From assembly GCA_037133055.1 (NCBI GenBank), contig JBAXOY010000002.1, forward strand, positions 2,985 to 66,984: a stretch of DNA of 64,000 nt. The letters are read 5' to 3'. Shown in pieces: positions 26,001 through 37,690 of this stretch (position 1 is its first letter; each line of letters starts with the position of its first letter). The translations under genes were made by a program, and so were the position numbers. The notes under the pieces are model-generated. The model did no database searches. It saw only the letters and a program-made list of their open reading frames with translations, and had not been told where the DNA came from. The DNA is from Chlamydiota bacterium (GTDB lineage Bacteria; Auribacterota; Tritonobacteria; UBA1439).

Positions 26001-29000
26001 GGTCGCATCCGCCGTGCTCCTTGTCGCATCCTGGCTGCTTTCGCCGGCGCTGGGCGCCGCTGCCGGCATCCTCGTCGCCCTGCCGGTGATCTTTTCGCCC
26101 CTCGCGCAACTTCTCACCTGGGTGACGACCGCGCCGGGATCGGGAAAGGTCTCATGGGGCGAACTGGGCCATGGTATCTCCCGCTCGTTCGTGGGGGCGG
26201 CCCTTATTCCGCACCAGGCAATCCTCGCCACGGACGCGATTGTGCGGGTCTGGTACCGCCGCCTGGTCAGCACGCGTAGGCTGCTCGAGTGGACGCCGGC
26301 TCAGATAGCAAAGTGGAAGACCCGCGGCCGCGCCCCCGCCTTCCTGGCGCGTGTGAGCCTCATCAGCCTTTTCTCGCTCGGCGTCGGAATTGCCGTGTGG
26401 CTGCGTGAACCGGCCGGACTCCCTCTCGCAGCGCCGTTTCTGGCCCTGTGGCTGCTCAGCCCGCTGATCGTGTGGCGGCTGTGTGCCAAGCCCCGCCGGA
26501 AGCCGCCGCGCGGGCTGGTTTCGCGCGGCGATGCGCAGATGCTGAGGAGCATAGCCCGGCAATCCTGGCGCTATTTTGACGACTATGTCGGCCCCGAATC
26601 GGGCTGGCTCCCCCCGGATAACTACCAGATCTCCCACCAGAACAGCATCGCCCTGCGCACGAGCCCGACGAATATAGGCCTGTGGCTTCTGAGCGCGGTC
26701 GCGGCATACGATTTCGGCTACCTGGCCGGCGACGAGGTCATCCGGCGCCTTGGAGAGACGTTCGCAACCCTCGGCGGACTCGTGCGATACGAGGGCCACC
26801 TCCTGAACTGGTACGACCTGAAAACGCGCGCGCCCTTTGAGCCGCGCTATGTGTCTACCGTGGACAGCGGCAACCTGCTCGGCTGCCTGTGGGCCATGGA
26901 GCACGGCATCGGCGATCTGACCGACGGGCCGCTGATCGGCCCGCAGGCCATCCGGGGGTTGTATGACGCGCTCGGGATCCTGCGCGATCTGATACCCCGG
27001 ACTCCCCGTGATGACGAGCTCCTCGGGGCCATGGGGGCGCTCGAGAAGCTTCTGTGCGATCCACCGGAACGGCTCGACGAGATCATCCGCCGAATCCGCC
27101 AGGCGGCAGCGCCGGCGGGGGTCGTTGCGCAAGTGCTTCGACAGGGCGACGGGGCGGGCAGCGAGCCCTCCTACTGGGCGGAGGCGCTCGTGCGACAGCT
27201 CGCTGGCTGGGGTGCGTTCGTCGACCGCTACCTGGCATGGGTGGAGATGCTGCCCGCCGAATTGGAAGGGGTTCTGATCCGGCTCGGGCCCGAGGTGCGT
27301 GACGCCCCCCGACAGGCGCTGAGGGAGGCTCCCTCAGCGCGGTCCCTTGCGGCCGGGGCTGTTCCCATGTATATGGCCCTCAGGGCGGTGCGAGGGAAGG
27401 CGGGAGAGCATTCCGCGCCGCTCGGGGAGTGGATAGACCGGTTCAGCGAAGCCTTTTCCCGGGCGCAGGGGCCGGCTGGCGAATTGTGCGCGCGGGCTGA
27501 CGATCTCCTCCGGCGCAGCAGGGACCTTGGCAACGGCATGAATATGCGGTTCCTCTATGACCCCGACCGGCGGTTGTTCAGCATCGGCTTCAATGCCAGC
27601 GAGCAACGGCGCGACACCTCGTACTACGACCTTTTTGCCAGCGAGGCCAGGCTGGGCAGTTTCGTGGCGATCGCGCGAGGCGACGTCCCGAGCGCGCACT
27701 GGCTGGCGATGGCCCGGCCGTTCGGCTCGATCGGGAACCGCCGGGTGCTGCTCAGCTGGGGCGGCACCATGTTCGAGTACCTGATGCCGCTGCTGCTTCA
27801 GCGCGTATTCCCCCATTCGCTGCTGGAGAGGGCCTGTCGCGAAGCGGTCGGCGCGCAGATAGCCTATGCGCGCCGGCAGGGAGTGCCCTGGGGGATTTCG
27901 GAGTCGGCCTACAGCGACCTGGACGCGAATAAGACGTATCAGTACCAGGCCTTCGGCGTGCCGGGGCTGGGGCTGAAACGGGGACTCGAAGACGACCTGG
28001 TTGTCGCCCCGTATGCATCAATGCTGGGGCTCCTGGTGGATCCGGCGGCGGCGGTGCGCAACCTGAAATGGCTTGCGCGGCTCGGGCTTCATGGCGGCCA
28101 TGGATTTTTCGAGGCGATCGATTTCGGAAGGCAGCGCCGACGCGAGGGCGGCCGCGGGGTGATCGTGCGCGCCTACATGGCGCACCACCAGGCGATGGGG
28201 TTCCTTGCGATCGACAATTTCATCAACGATTCCGTGATGCAGCGGCGCTTTCACTCCGACCCGCGGGTCAGAGCGACCGAATCGCTGCTGTATGAGCGCA
28301 TTCCGATTTCGCCCCCGCGCTACCAGGTGCCGACGCGCGAACGGGCCGCCTCGCGCGTGATGCCCACGGGGATTGCCCCGGCGGCCGGCAGGTTTGAAAC
28401 GCCGCACTCGGTCACGCCCAAGACGCAGCTCTTCTGCAACGGGCGCTACTCCCTGATGGTGACCAGCGCCGGGGGGGGATACAGCCGATGGCGGGATTTC
28501 GATGTCACGCGCTGGCGGGCGGATTCCACCTGCGACGAGTGGGGTGCGTTCTGCTACATCCGTGACGTGCGGAGCGACCGGGTGTGGTGCACTACGTATC
28601 AGCCCGTCCGCGGCGCGACGGACAAGTACGCGGTCACCTTCACTGTGGACCGGGCCGAGTTCCGCCGCTCGGACGGCGACATCGACACCGAGACCGAGAT
28701 CGTGGTGTCGCCCGAAGACGACGCGGAGATCCGCCGCATCGCCCTGGTCAACCGCTCCGGACGCAAAAAGAAGCTGGAGCTGACCAGCTACATGGAGCTT
28801 GCCCTCGCCCCGCATGGCGTGGATCGCCAGCATCCCGCGTTCAACAAAATGTTTGTGTGCACGGAGGCGATCGAAAAGCGCGGCGCGCTGCTCGCGTTCC
28901 GGCGCCCGCGCAACCTGGACGACCCGCCGATCTATGCGGCGCACTGCATGACATTCGAGACAGGGACGAAAGGCGCGATGCAGTTCGAGACGGACAGGGG

Positions 29001-32000
29001 GCGGTTCATCGGGCGCGGCCGCACCACCGGCAATCCGGCTGCGTTGTTTGGCGCCTTGTCGCAAAGCGCCGGACATGTGCTCGATCCGATTTTCAGTCTG
29101 CGTCGCACGGTGGTGCTGGAACCGGGACAGCGCGTGCACGTGTCTCTCGTCCTCTGCGTCGCCGAGTCGCGCAAGGACGCCCTGGCGCTGGTCGAGAAGT
29201 ACAGCGACCCCCAGACGATCACGCGGGAGCTCGATCTCGCGTGGACGTACGCCCAGGTGGAGCTCCGTCGCCTGCGCATCGAGCCGGACGAGGCCCGCCG
29301 TTTTCAGCAGCTCGCCAGCTACATGCTGTATCCCAGCTCCAAGCTCCGGCCGGCATGGGATCGCCTGCAGCAGAACCGGCTGGGCCAGTCGCGCCTGTGG
29401 CCCCATGGCATCTCGGGCGACCTCCCGATAGCCGCGATCAGCATCGGGGAGTCGGGCGACATCAGCCTCGTGCGCCAGATGCTCCAGGCGCACGCCTACT
29501 GGCGCCTCCACGGCCTGAAGGCGGACCTGGTCATACTCAACGAGGAATCCAGCGGCTATGAGCAGCCGTTGCAGGAAGAACTGAAGAGGCTTGTCAATTC
29601 CCATTCGATGCACGCCGGCGTTGATCAGCCCGGCGGGGTCTTTCTGCGCAGCGCGGACCACATCCCGGATGAGGACCTGACGCTGATACTCTCCGCCGCC
29701 CGCATAGCGCTGGTGGCCGCCCGCGGCCCCCTGTCCCAGCAGCTTGGCGCGCCGACGGAGGCGGCGGAGCTCCCCGCCCCGCTGCCTGTCCGCGCCATCC
29801 CTGAAGAGCCCTCGCTCCCCTTGCCGTTCATGGAGTTGCCGTACTTCAACGGTCTGGGTGGCTTCACCCCCGACGGCCGCGAGTACGCGATCTATCTCGG
29901 CCCCGGGGCGCACACGCCGGCGCCGTGGGTGAATGTGATCGCCAACCCGAGCTTCGGCGCCCTGGTCAGCGAGTCGGGCGCGGGCTTCGCCTGGTACGGC
30001 AACAGCCAGCAGAACCGCCTGACGGACTGGTCCAATGACCCGGTCTCCGACACGCCGTCCGACGCGCTATATATCCGCGACCAGGAAACGGGAAAGTTCT
30101 GGACGCCCACCCCCCTGCCGGTCCGGGAGATGGACGCCTACCGCGCGCGGCATGGCGCGGGCTACACCGTTTTTGAACACAACAGCCACGCCATCCAGCA
30201 GGAGCTCATTACCTTTGTGCCGATGGATGAAAACGGTGGAGAACCGGTTCGCGTGCAGCGGCTCCGGCTGCGCAACGACTCATCACGCATACGGCGACTG
30301 GCGGTCACCTTCTACGTCGAGTGGACTCTCGGCGAGAACAGGGAGGACAGCCAGACGCACGTGATAAGCCAGTGGGACGGCGAGACGCGAACCATGCTGG
30401 CCCGTAACCGCTACCACCCGACGTACGGCGACCGCGTCGCCTTCGCCACGATCAGCCCCGCGCCCAACAGCTATACCGCCGACCGCACCGGCTTCCTCGG
30501 GCGCAACGGGACCTTGGCCGCGCCCGCCGCCATGAAGCGCACCCGCCTGGCGAGCCGCGTCTGGCCGGGGCTCGACCCGTGCGCCGCCGTGCAGGTGGCG
30601 CTGAATCTGCCGCCGGGGGAAAACGCGGAGGTGACCTGCCTGCTCGGACAGGCAGGCTCGATCGAAGAGGTCGGTCGCCTGGTCCGGAAATACCGCGATC
30701 CCGCCGAAGTGGAGGAATCCCTGAAGCGCACGATCGCATGGTGGGACCGGCTGTCGGGAACCATCCAGGTCAGCACCCCGGAGAAGTCGGCGGATATCCT
30801 GTTGAATCGCTGGCTGCCGTACCAGACGCTGAGCTCGAGGATCTGGGGACGGACCGGGTTCTACCAGTCGAGCGGGGCGTTCGGATTCCGCGACCAGCTC
30901 CAGGACGTGACGGCAATGGTATACGCGGAGCCTGACATCGCCCGGCGGCACATACTGCTCGCGGCGGGCCGCCAGTTCAGCGAGGGAGACGTTCAGCACT
31001 GGTGGCAGCCGCCGTCCGGCGCGGGCATACGGACACGCTGTTCCGATGACATGCTCTGGCTGCCGTACGTGGTGGCCCGTTATGTTCGTTTCACGGGCGA
31101 TGCGGGAATCCTGAACGAGCGCATCCCTTTCATCGAGGACCGGGTGCTAGATGAAAAAGAGCATGAGGTCTTTATGACTCCGCACGAGTCCATGGACAGC
31201 GCCACGCTCTACGAGCACTGCCGCCGGGCGATTGTTCGCGGAGCAAGTTCAGGGCCTCACGGTCTGCCCTTGATCGGCAGCGGTGATTGGAACGACGGCA
31301 TGAACCGGGTGGGCATCAAGGGGATCGGAGAGAGCGTCTGGCTGGCATGGTTTCTCATAGATGTGCTCAATGCGTGGGCCGGGATGGCGGAGCTGCACGG
31401 CAGCCCGGAGCATGCGGCCGCATGCCGCGAGAAGGCCCGAACGCTTGCCGAGGCCGTCGAGCGACATGCCTGGGACGGGGGATGGTACCTCCGGGCCTTT
31501 TATGACGATGGCACGCCGCTCGGTTCGGCGGCGAGCGAGGAGGCCCGCATCGACTCACTGCCCCAGTCATGGGCGGTGCTCAGCGGCGCTGCCGACCCCG
31601 AGCGGGCGGCGCGGGCGGTCGAGTCCGCACTTGAGCAGCTGGTGCTCAAGGAAGAAAATCTTGTACTGCTGCTCGCGCCGCCGTTCGACAGAACAGAGAA
31701 GAACCCGGGCTACATCAAGGGGTATCCCCCCGGCGTCCGGGAGAACGGAGGCCAGTACACACATGCCGCGTTATGGCTGGCAATGGCACTCTGCCGGCGG
31801 GGCGACGGGGACCGGGCGGTTTCGCTGCTGCGGATGATCAACCCGATCGAGCGTGCGCGCGACCCGGAAGCCGTGAAACGCTACAGGGTCGAGCCGTACG
31901 TGACCGCCGGCGACGTCTATCGCCTGCCGGAACGGGTCGGTCAGGGCGGCTGGACCTGGTATACCGGTTCCGCGGCCTGGATGTATCGCATCTGGATCGA

Positions 32001-32283
32001 GGAGGTGCTCGGCATGAAGATTTCCGGCAAGGGGCTCCTCATCGATCCGGTCATCCCTCCAGGCTGGAAGCAGTTCGGCATCCGCTATCGCCGGGGCGAG
32101 GCGCTCTACGATATTGCCGTCGAAAACCCCGAGGGGGCACGCCGCGGTGTGGCGTGGGTGGAGATGGATGGCCGGCGCCTGGAAGGATCTCTCATCCCGC
32201 TGGAGGAACTGTCGATCAGGCACAAGGTTGTCGTGCGGATGGGCAAGGGCGACCCCGGTGACGCGGCTGCGGTGAAAATCTGA
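23077..32283 (+). CDS. ndvB: cyclic beta-1,2-glucan synthase (NdvB/ChvB/Cgs type; N-terminal TM region + GT84 glycosyltransferase + C-terminal GH94 phosphorylase-like domain)
   Basis: 3068 aa. It has N-terminal TM helices and the GT84-like DxD region (ITLDSDTQLPRASARRMIETISHPLN). The C-terminal GH94-like block runs from GDWNDGMNRVG to WYTGSAAWMYRIW. Its size and layout are typical of cyclic glucan synthases. Confidence 0.85.
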   Translation: MREAHMSEQAILLSFYLNDTDAGEALRQLRHARFRRSVSIHKSAEGRIRTDGSSLRHGVFWGIVSGLLCGVLAGIGMARLPWLFGGVAGYLALGMPVLAGWVIGWFTIRRVSLGLDEKLVENHARWLTADETVVIVQDFPEAVSRAISLLRSTGESQPAIFIIRRQPGGPIDGEPVQGEPLAAARLQRYARRLASTHRVKADVGREEPLLRQLGLCEEVIERVRQELAEASRMEHTISATAEWILDNAYIIQGQIDDVRMHLPKKFYHELPVLASEPGNGQPRIYHLAAELIQHADSYLDRNNINEFLTAYQSVSPLTIGELWAAPLMLRIALLDILRRLTEQIDRRLHEQERADFWANRLLTAARRDPNQLFFILAELAREQPDPSAHFAFQLTGPLYDAEAALVPVRSWLERTLGRGLGETVIQGESRQAADQVSIGNAITSLRQLSRLDWREIFERQSRVEAILCNDPAGVYHRMDFATKDRYRHAVEEISRDSTTSEEGVAQAAVEMAGGHPDRAAGDQRLGHVGYYLIDEGRHALVSQLQGHEKSRYRALQWVYRHHTVLYLSAIGSATALIIGAIFGYGVWMTGRAGLTAVAALLALLPASELAIQAVNYLVTRLVPPGTLPKMSFEKEGIPDEFRTLVVVPMLFLDRRTIREDLYKLEVRYCANPEANILFGLFGDLPDADTQHKDTDAGLLRQAVEGITGLNARYGEGRFYLFHREREWVETEGRFIGWERKRGKLEELNRLLNGASPRDGRKIVHVGDPHKLANIRYVITLDSDTQLPRASARRMIETISHPLNRARLSPDGRMVIGAYGVIQPRISISLPSAAATPFSRLYTDPVGTDPYTRAVSDVYQDLAGEASYLGKGIYEPRMFYRVLAGRFPEQLLLSHDLIEGAHVRVGLASDIELYEEFPPDYISYISRQHRWICGDWQIADWCMPRVPTPEGTRAPNPLSVLNRWKIFDNLRRSLVPVASAVLLVASWLLSPALGAAAGILVALPVIFSPLAQLLTWVTTAPGSGKVSWGELGHGISRSFVGAALIPHQAILATDAIVRVWYRRLVSTRRLLEWTPAQIAKWKTRGRAPAFLARVSLISLFSLGVGIAVWLREPAGLPLAAPFLALWLLSPLIVWRLCAKPRRKPPRGLVSRGDAQMLRSIARQSWRYFDDYVGPESGWLPPDNYQISHQNSIALRTSPTNIGLWLLSAVAAYDFGYLAGDEVIRRLGETFATLGGLVRYEGHLLNWYDLKTRAPFEPRYVSTVDSGNLLGCLWAMEHGIGDLTDGPLIGPQAIRGLYDALGILRDLIPRTPRDDELLGAMGALEKLLCDPPERLDEIIRRIRQAAAPAGVVAQVLRQGDGAGSEPSYWAEALVRQLAGWGAFVDRYLAWVEMLPAELEGVLIRLGPEVRDAPRQALREAPSARSLAAGAVPMYMALRAVRGKAGEHSAPLGEWIDRFSEAFSRAQGPAGELCARADDLLRRSRDLGNGMNMRFLYDPDRRLFSIGFNASEQRRDTSYYDLFASEARLGSFVAIARGDVPSAHWLAMARPFGSIGNRRVLLSWGGTMFEYLMPLLLQRVFPHSLLERACREAVGAQIAYARRQGVPWGISESAYSDLDANKTYQYQAFGVPGLGLKRGLEDDLVVAPYASMLGLLVDPAAAVRNLKWLARLGLHGGHGFFEAIDFGRQRRREGGRGVIVRAYMAHHQAMGFLAIDNFINDSVMQRRFHSDPRVRATESLLYERIPISPPRYQVPTRERAASRVMPTGIAPAAGRFETPHSVTPKTQLFCNGRYSLMVTSAGGGYSRWRDFDVTRWRADSTCDEWGAFCYIRDVRSDRVWCTTYQPVRGATDKYAVTFTVDRAEFRRSDGDIDTETEIVVSPEDDAEIRRIALVNRSGRKKKLELTSYMELALAPHGVDRQHPAFNKMFVCTEAIEKRGALLAFRRPRNLDDPPIYAAHCMTFETGTKGAMQFETDRGRFIGRGRTTGNPAALFGALSQSAGHVLDPIFSLRRTVVLEPGQRVHVSLVLCVAESRKDALALVEKYSDPQTITRELDLAWTYAQVELRRLRIEPDEARRFQQLASYMLYPSSKLRPAWDRLQQNRLGQSRLWPHGISGDLPIAAISIGESGDISLVRQMLQAHAYWRLHGLKADLVILNEESSGYEQPLQEELKRLVNSHSMHAGVDQPGGVFLRSADHIPDEDLTLILSAARIALVAARGPLSQQLGAPTEAAELPAPLPVRAIPEEPSLPLPFMELPYFNGLGGFTPDGREYAIYLGPGAHTPAPWVNVIANPSFGALVSESGAGFAWYGNSQQNRLTDWSNDPVSDTPSDALYIRDQETGKFWTPTPLPVREMDAYRARHGAGYTVFEHNSHAIQQELITFVPMDENGGEPVRVQRLRLRNDSSRIRRLAVTFYVEWTLGENREDSQTHVISQWDGETRTMLARNRYHPTYGDRVAFATISPAPNSYTADRTGFLGRNGTLAAPAAMKRTRLASRVWPGLDPCAAVQVALNLPPGENAEVTCLLGQAGSIEEVGRLVRKYRDPAEVEESLKRTIAWWDRLSGTIQVSTPEKSADILLNRWLPYQTLSSRIWGRTGFYQSSGAFGFRDQLQDVTAMVYAEPDIARRHILLAAGRQFSEGDVQHWWQPPSGAGIRTRCSDDMLWLPYVVARYVRFTGDAGILNERIPFIEDRVLDEKEHEVFMTPHESMDSATLYEHCRRAIVRGASSGPHGLPLIGSGDWNDGMNRVGIKGIGESVWLAWFLIDVLNAWAGMAELHGSPEHAAACREKARTLAEAVERHAWDGGWYLRAFYDDGTPLGSAASEEARIDSLPQSWAVLSGAADPERAARAVESALEQLVLKEENLVLLLAPPFDRTEKNPGYIKGYPPGVRENGGQYTHAALWLAMALCRRGDGDRAVSLLRMINPIERARDPEAVKRYRVEPYVTAGDVYRLPERVGQGGWTWYTGSAAWMYRIWIEEVLGMKISGKGLLIDPVIPPGWKQFGIRYRRGEALYDIAVENPEGARRGVAWVEMDGRRLEGSLIPLEELSIRHKVVVRMGKGDPGDAAAVKI

Positions 32284-32293
32284 ACGCACCTCA

Positions 32294-32349
32294 CGCCATC
32301 GGCCCCACCCGCTGCATGTCTCTGGCACCCTGTCTCCCCCCCCGCGTAC
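32294..32349. repeat. non-coding repeat family R, copy 2
   Basis: It begins 11 nt after the stop of the glucan synthase gene and is nearly identical to 22518-22572. Confidence 0.5.
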
Positions 32350-32374
32350 AGCCGGCGCGCCGTACGGAGAGGGA

Positions 32375-32425
32375 CTTTGTCCGCATCGGGTACAAATCCG
32401 GCCCCTTCGCAGAACCAATGACCTA
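32375..32425. repeat. non-coding repeat family A, partial copy B1 (GTCCGCATCGGGTACAAATCCGGCCCCTTCGCAGAACCAATGACCTAGAC)
   Basis: It matches the 5' two-thirds of the copy at 20907-20973. Confidence 0.5.
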
Positions 32426-32523
32426 GACTGATGTGACCCGCGGAGCGGTGTAACTATCTGCGAGAGAGAAAGAATGCTAGTGGTACGATAAGCGGGGGAG
32501 GGGTCATTCTGAATCGATCCCAC

Positions 32524-32587
32524 CATATCCAACCACTACGTAGAACTCACGACCTAGCCAACCGCTCGATGGCAGATGTGATCTGCC
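32524..32587. repeat. non-coding repeat family A, partial copy B2, ending in a perfect 7-bp hairpin (GGCAGATgtgATCTGCC)
   Basis: ATCCAACCACTACGTAGAACTCACGACCTAGCCAACCGCTCGATGGCA matches the 3' two-thirds of the copy at 20907-20973. The hairpin at 32571-32587 is read directly from the sequence. Confidence 0.5.
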
Positions 32588-32960
32588 ATCTAACTGCAAC
32601 CGGCACTATTTTCGTGGATCAGATCAAGTGTCAGACAATAATCGGGGGCTCGCCCTGATTTGGTGATCTAGATTAAACAAGGTGAAAGCAGTTCTTTATA
32701 CCATCCATGAATATATCCGTTTTATGGTATCTTACACGGAATCTATCTAACACCCCATCTGCGCCCGGGGTTTAAGAAGCCTGATGAATAAGAACGCTGA
32801 AAGAGAACGGTTGCAGGAAGAGCGAAGCGGCGGGATTCCATGGAAATAGTGGGGTCCCTATTTGAGCGAGGGCCTGAGGCGGCAGGGGGGGGCCGCAGAG
32901 GGGGAAAGCAGGCGAAGTAAATTCAGAAATCCATTACCCCGGCATACAGAAAGGAACATA

Positions 32961-33752
32961 ATGGATATCGGTAAGCTGCTCGAAGTAGTCCCCCTCTGGG
33001 GTATCTACGGGTGTTCGGTCGCCGTGGTCCTGCTCTCTATCCAATGCGGGATTCATATTGGTCATTCCAGGCGAAAGCGTGTGGGAGAGGAGCAGGACTC
33101 GCCGATCGGCGCGGCGGTCGGCGCCACGCTGGGCCTGCTCGCGTTCATGCTGGCGTTCACATTCGGGATAACCGCATCCCGCTTTGATGCCAGGAAGCAG
33201 CTGTTGGTCAATGAAGTCAACGCCATCGATACAACATTCCTGCGGGCCGGGTTGATCCCGGAGCCCCATCGCACCGAGGTCCGCACGCTTCTTACACAGT
33301 ACGCGGACACGCGGGCGAATGTGGGCCGGCACCCGGAGCGCGTCCCGCAGTTCATCAAGGAGTCGGAAAGACTGCTCGATCAACTGTGGCCTCACGCGGA
33401 AGCCCTTGCGGATGCGAATCTCAAGAACCCGGACATCGTGTCGCTCTTCGTGGACTCTCTCAACGAGATGATCGATCTGCACACGGAGCGCGTGGTCGTA
33501 GCTTTTTATCGCATTCCAACGGCTATCTGGATTGCGCTCTGGGGAGTCACGATACTCTCCATGGTGGCTGTGGGATACCATTTCGGTGAATCCGGCCAGG
33601 GCAACTGGCATCTCAGCCTTGTGCTCTCCCTATCCTTTTCGGCGGTAATTCTGCTGATTGCGGATCTCGACCGGACCGAGAAGGGCGCGATCAAAGTCAG
33701 CCAACAACCCATGATCAACCTCCAGGAGAAACTGAAGGAACGGGTGAAATGA
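32961..33752 (+). CDS. hypothetical membrane protein with 2+2 TM helices (DUF4239-like)
   Basis: The ATG at 32961 is preceded by AAAGGAACATA. TM helices flank a soluble central region. Family assignment is tentative. Confidence 0.45.
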   Translation: MDIGKLLEVVPLWGIYGCSVAVVLLSIQCGIHIGHSRRKRVGEEQDSPIGAAVGATLGLLAFMLAFTFGITASRFDARKQLLVNEVNAIDTTFLRAGLIPEPHRTEVRTLLTQYADTRANVGRHPERVPQFIKESERLLDQLWPHAEALADANLKNPDIVSLFVDSLNEMIDLHTERVVVAFYRIPTAIWIALWGVTILSMVAVGYHFGESGQGNWHLSLVLSLSFSAVILLIADLDRTEKGAIKVSQQPMINLQEKLKERVK

Positions 33753-33828
33753 GGCTGCGGCGCTCTGTGATTTCGTCCCGGCCTTCGACAGCCTGACAAC
33801 CGCCGGGACCGTAAAGGAGGAGGAGATA

Positions 33829-34281
33829 ATGGCACACGATCAACCAAAGGCGGCTAATTCTATGGCAAGTGAGAGTACCGATCTTGCGGTCGAGAGAACC
33901 ACTATGGCAAAAGAGCGCACGGATCTTGCGGTCGAGAGAACCATCATGGCGGCCGATCGGTCTTTGATGGCCTGGATTCGCACCGGTCTATCCATGCAGG
34001 GCTTTGGTTTTGCCATCTACAAATTCCTTCTGTATGTGAGACAAGGCCTTTCGGGGGACACCTTCAAGGCGCAAGGCCCCCGGCATTTGGGCCTTGTTCT
34101 GATCGGTTTGGGCACGGTGTGTACGCTCGTGGGCCTTATCGAGTATTATTGGCTGTTCAAGCGATTGGGGAGCCGATGCGATCGCACACCGTGGAGTTTT
34201 GCTTTTTTTATGGGTGTGTGCGCATCCCTTTTGGGATTATTCATGCTGGTCACCATGATTATTCACAGAGAGGTCTTTTAA
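33829..34281 (+). CDS. DUF202 (YidH-like) membrane protein
   Basis: The LAVERT / LAxERTxxA motif is repeated (DLAVERTTMAKERTDLAVERTIMAADRSLMAWIRT) and is followed by TM helices. Confidence 0.7.
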   Translation: MAHDQPKAANSMASESTDLAVERTTMAKERTDLAVERTIMAADRSLMAWIRTGLSMQGFGFAIYKFLLYVRQGLSGDTFKAQGPRHLGLVLIGLGTVCTLVGLIEYYWLFKRLGSRCDRTPWSFAFFMGVCASLLGLFMLVTMIIHREVF

Positions 34282-34346
34282 TCGGCGGGGGGAGATCGAA
34301 GGCTGTTGGCCCTGGCAGATCGCCATAACCAAAACAGGATGAGCCT

Positions 34347-34754
34347 ATGGCGGATCACTGGCAGAGGATTGTTGAGAATCTTTTTGGCCGGATGGACGGA
34401 CCGCTCCATTTCCGGTTTATCGTGCAGCCGCTGATGGCGGTTTTCTTTGCGATCGTTGACGGGTGTAAAGACGCAAGGGCCGGGAAGCCCGCATATTTCT
34501 GGGCGCTGGTTTTCCATCCGGGGCATCGCAAAGGACTTCTGCGCGACGGTTGGAAGAGTGTGGGCAAGATATTTATCCTCGCGGTCGCGCTTGATATCGT
34601 CTATCAGTTAAAAGTTCAGCATTGGATCTATCCGGGAGAAATACTCATCGTGGCGTGTATTCTGGCGATCGTGCCGTATGTGGTGCTGCGCGGCCCGGTG
34701 AATCGCCTCGTGCGGCGGTTAACCATGAAAAACAATGAAGCGGATCATGCCTGA
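34347..34754 (+). CDS. hypothetical small membrane protein
   Basis: 135 aa with 3 predicted TM helices and no recognisable motif. It is co-directional and overlaps the next gene by 20 nt. Confidence 0.4.
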   Translation: MADHWQRIVENLFGRMDGPLHFRFIVQPLMAVFFAIVDGCKDARAGKPAYFWALVFHPGHRKGLLRDGWKSVGKIFILAVALDIVYQLKVQHWIYPGEILIVACILAIVPYVVLRGPVNRLVRRLTMKNNEADHA

Positions 34755-35964
34755 ACACTCGATGCCTCTTGCGTTTCATGTGATGGCCAAGCCGACAGGC
34801 GCGCGCTGCAATCTTGACTGCGCGTACTGCTTCTTCCTGAAGAAGGAGGAGCTCTACCCGGGCAGCGATTTCCGGATGCCGGATGACGTGCATGAAGCCT
34901 ATATCACGCAGCTTTTGGATGCCCACCAGGTTCCCCGAGTCACCGTCGCATGGCAGGGGGGCGAACCGACCTTGATGGGGCTCGATTTCTTCCGGCGGTC
35001 CGTGGAACTTCAAAAGAAGCATCAAAAGCCCCGCACCCGGGTCGAAAACACCCTCCAAACCAACGGCATCCTTCTTGACGACGAGTGGGGCCAATTCTTT
35101 CATGAGAACGACTTCCTGATCGGCCTGAGTCTGGACGGTCCCAAAGAACTTCACGACACCTACCGGAAGGACAAGGGAGGACATGGAACCTTCGACCGGG
35201 TGATGAAGGCCGTCCGGTTGCTCCGGAAACATCACGTGGAATTCAACATCCTCTGCGCGGTCAACAGAAAGAATGCCGACCATCCGGCAGAGGTGTACCG
35301 ATTCTTCCGGGATGAACTCATCGTGAAGTATATCCAGTTCATCCCCATCGTGGAGCGGATAAACGAGAACGGGAAGACCTGCTTCCAGGAAGGAAACAGG
35401 GTTACGGACCGCTCGATCCTTCCCGAACAGTGGGGCCGGTTCCTGATCGAAATCTTCGATGAGTGGGTGAAAAGGGACGTGGGCCGGACGTTCGTTTTGA
35501 ACTTCGACGGAGCACTGGCAGGGTGGCTGAACATGGCCGGGACCGTCTGCATCTTCGGCCCTACGTGCGGCCTGGGCACGGCTCTGGAACGCAATGGCGA
35601 TCTGTATTCCTGCGACCACTTCGTCGAGCCGAAGTACTTCCTGGGAAACATCCTGAAGACCCCCATGATCGAACTCGTGGCCTCCGAGAAGCAGCGGAAA
35701 TTCGGACGGGACAAACGCGATACGCTTCCCCGGCATTGCCGGCAGTGTGACGTCGTGCACATCTGCAACGGCGAGTGTCCCAAGAACCGCTTCATCCGGA
35801 CGCCGGATGGAGAGCCGGGGCTTAACTACCTCTGCGAAGGTTACAAGGCATTTTTCGAACACGCTGATCATCCCATGAAGATCATGGCTGGACTGATGCG
35901 CAGAGGCCGGCTGGCCGGGGAAGTCATGAAGATAATGGAGACGGAAGGAGGCGAAAATGCATGA
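34735..35964 (+). CDS. anaerobic sulfatase-maturating enzyme (radical SAM/SPASM; forms formylglycine)
   Basis: FHVMAKPTGARCNLDCAYCFF is the canonical anSME N-terminus. The C-terminal SPASM cysteines are CIFGPTCGLG...C and CRQCDVVHICNGEC. It is adjacent to sulfatases. Confidence 0.85.
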   Translation: MKRIMPEHSMPLAFHVMAKPTGARCNLDCAYCFFLKKEELYPGSDFRMPDDVHEAYITQLLDAHQVPRVTVAWQGGEPTLMGLDFFRRSVELQKKHQKPRTRVENTLQTNGILLDDEWGQFFHENDFLIGLSLDGPKELHDTYRKDKGGHGTFDRVMKAVRLLRKHHVEFNILCAVNRKNADHPAEVYRFFRDELIVKYIQFIPIVERINENGKTCFQEGNRVTDRSILPEQWGRFLIEIFDEWVKRDVGRTFVLNFDGALAGWLNMAGTVCIFGPTCGLGTALERNGDLYSCDHFVEPKYFLGNILKTPMIELVASEKQRKFGRDKRDTLPRHCRQCDVVHICNGECPKNRFIRTPDGEPGLNYLCEGYKAFFEHADHPMKIMAGLMRRGRLAGEVMKIMETEGGENA

Positions 35965-36048
35965 ATGAAACCGGGCCGAAACGAGTTGTGTCTCTGCGGG
36001 GCGGGAAGCAAGAGTGACCATTGATTCGCAATAAAAAGGAGGGAATGT

Positions 36049-37542
<1,494 letters not shown>

Positions 37543-37690
37543 GTTGCGCCCGGGCATGATGGACGAAGATGATTTCCCCGGCGGACATCGGGTCCGCCGG
37601 GGAAATCCACGGTACAAACCAAAATGGAGCAACAGGGAAAGGCTTCAGCACAAAGAATCGGCATCAGAAAATGAAAAGGACCGGCGCTCC

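Noticed and set aside
22789-26109. 1106-aa minus-strand ORF antisense to the glucan synthase gene (also 26152-27132, 28018-29913, 30283-30999, 31771-32532)
   Set aside because: These are Arg/Gly/Pro-rich low-complexity translations, typical of stop-codon-poor antisense frames in high-GC genes. The sense-strand protein has clear GT84/GH94 homology.
32375-32587. A tRNA gene in the AT-rich 32.3-32.9 kb non-coding region
   Set aside because: The GGTACAAATCC core resembles a T-arm, but I could not fold a full cloverleaf (no D-arm or anticodon arm). I treat it as a repeat or possible att remnant instead.
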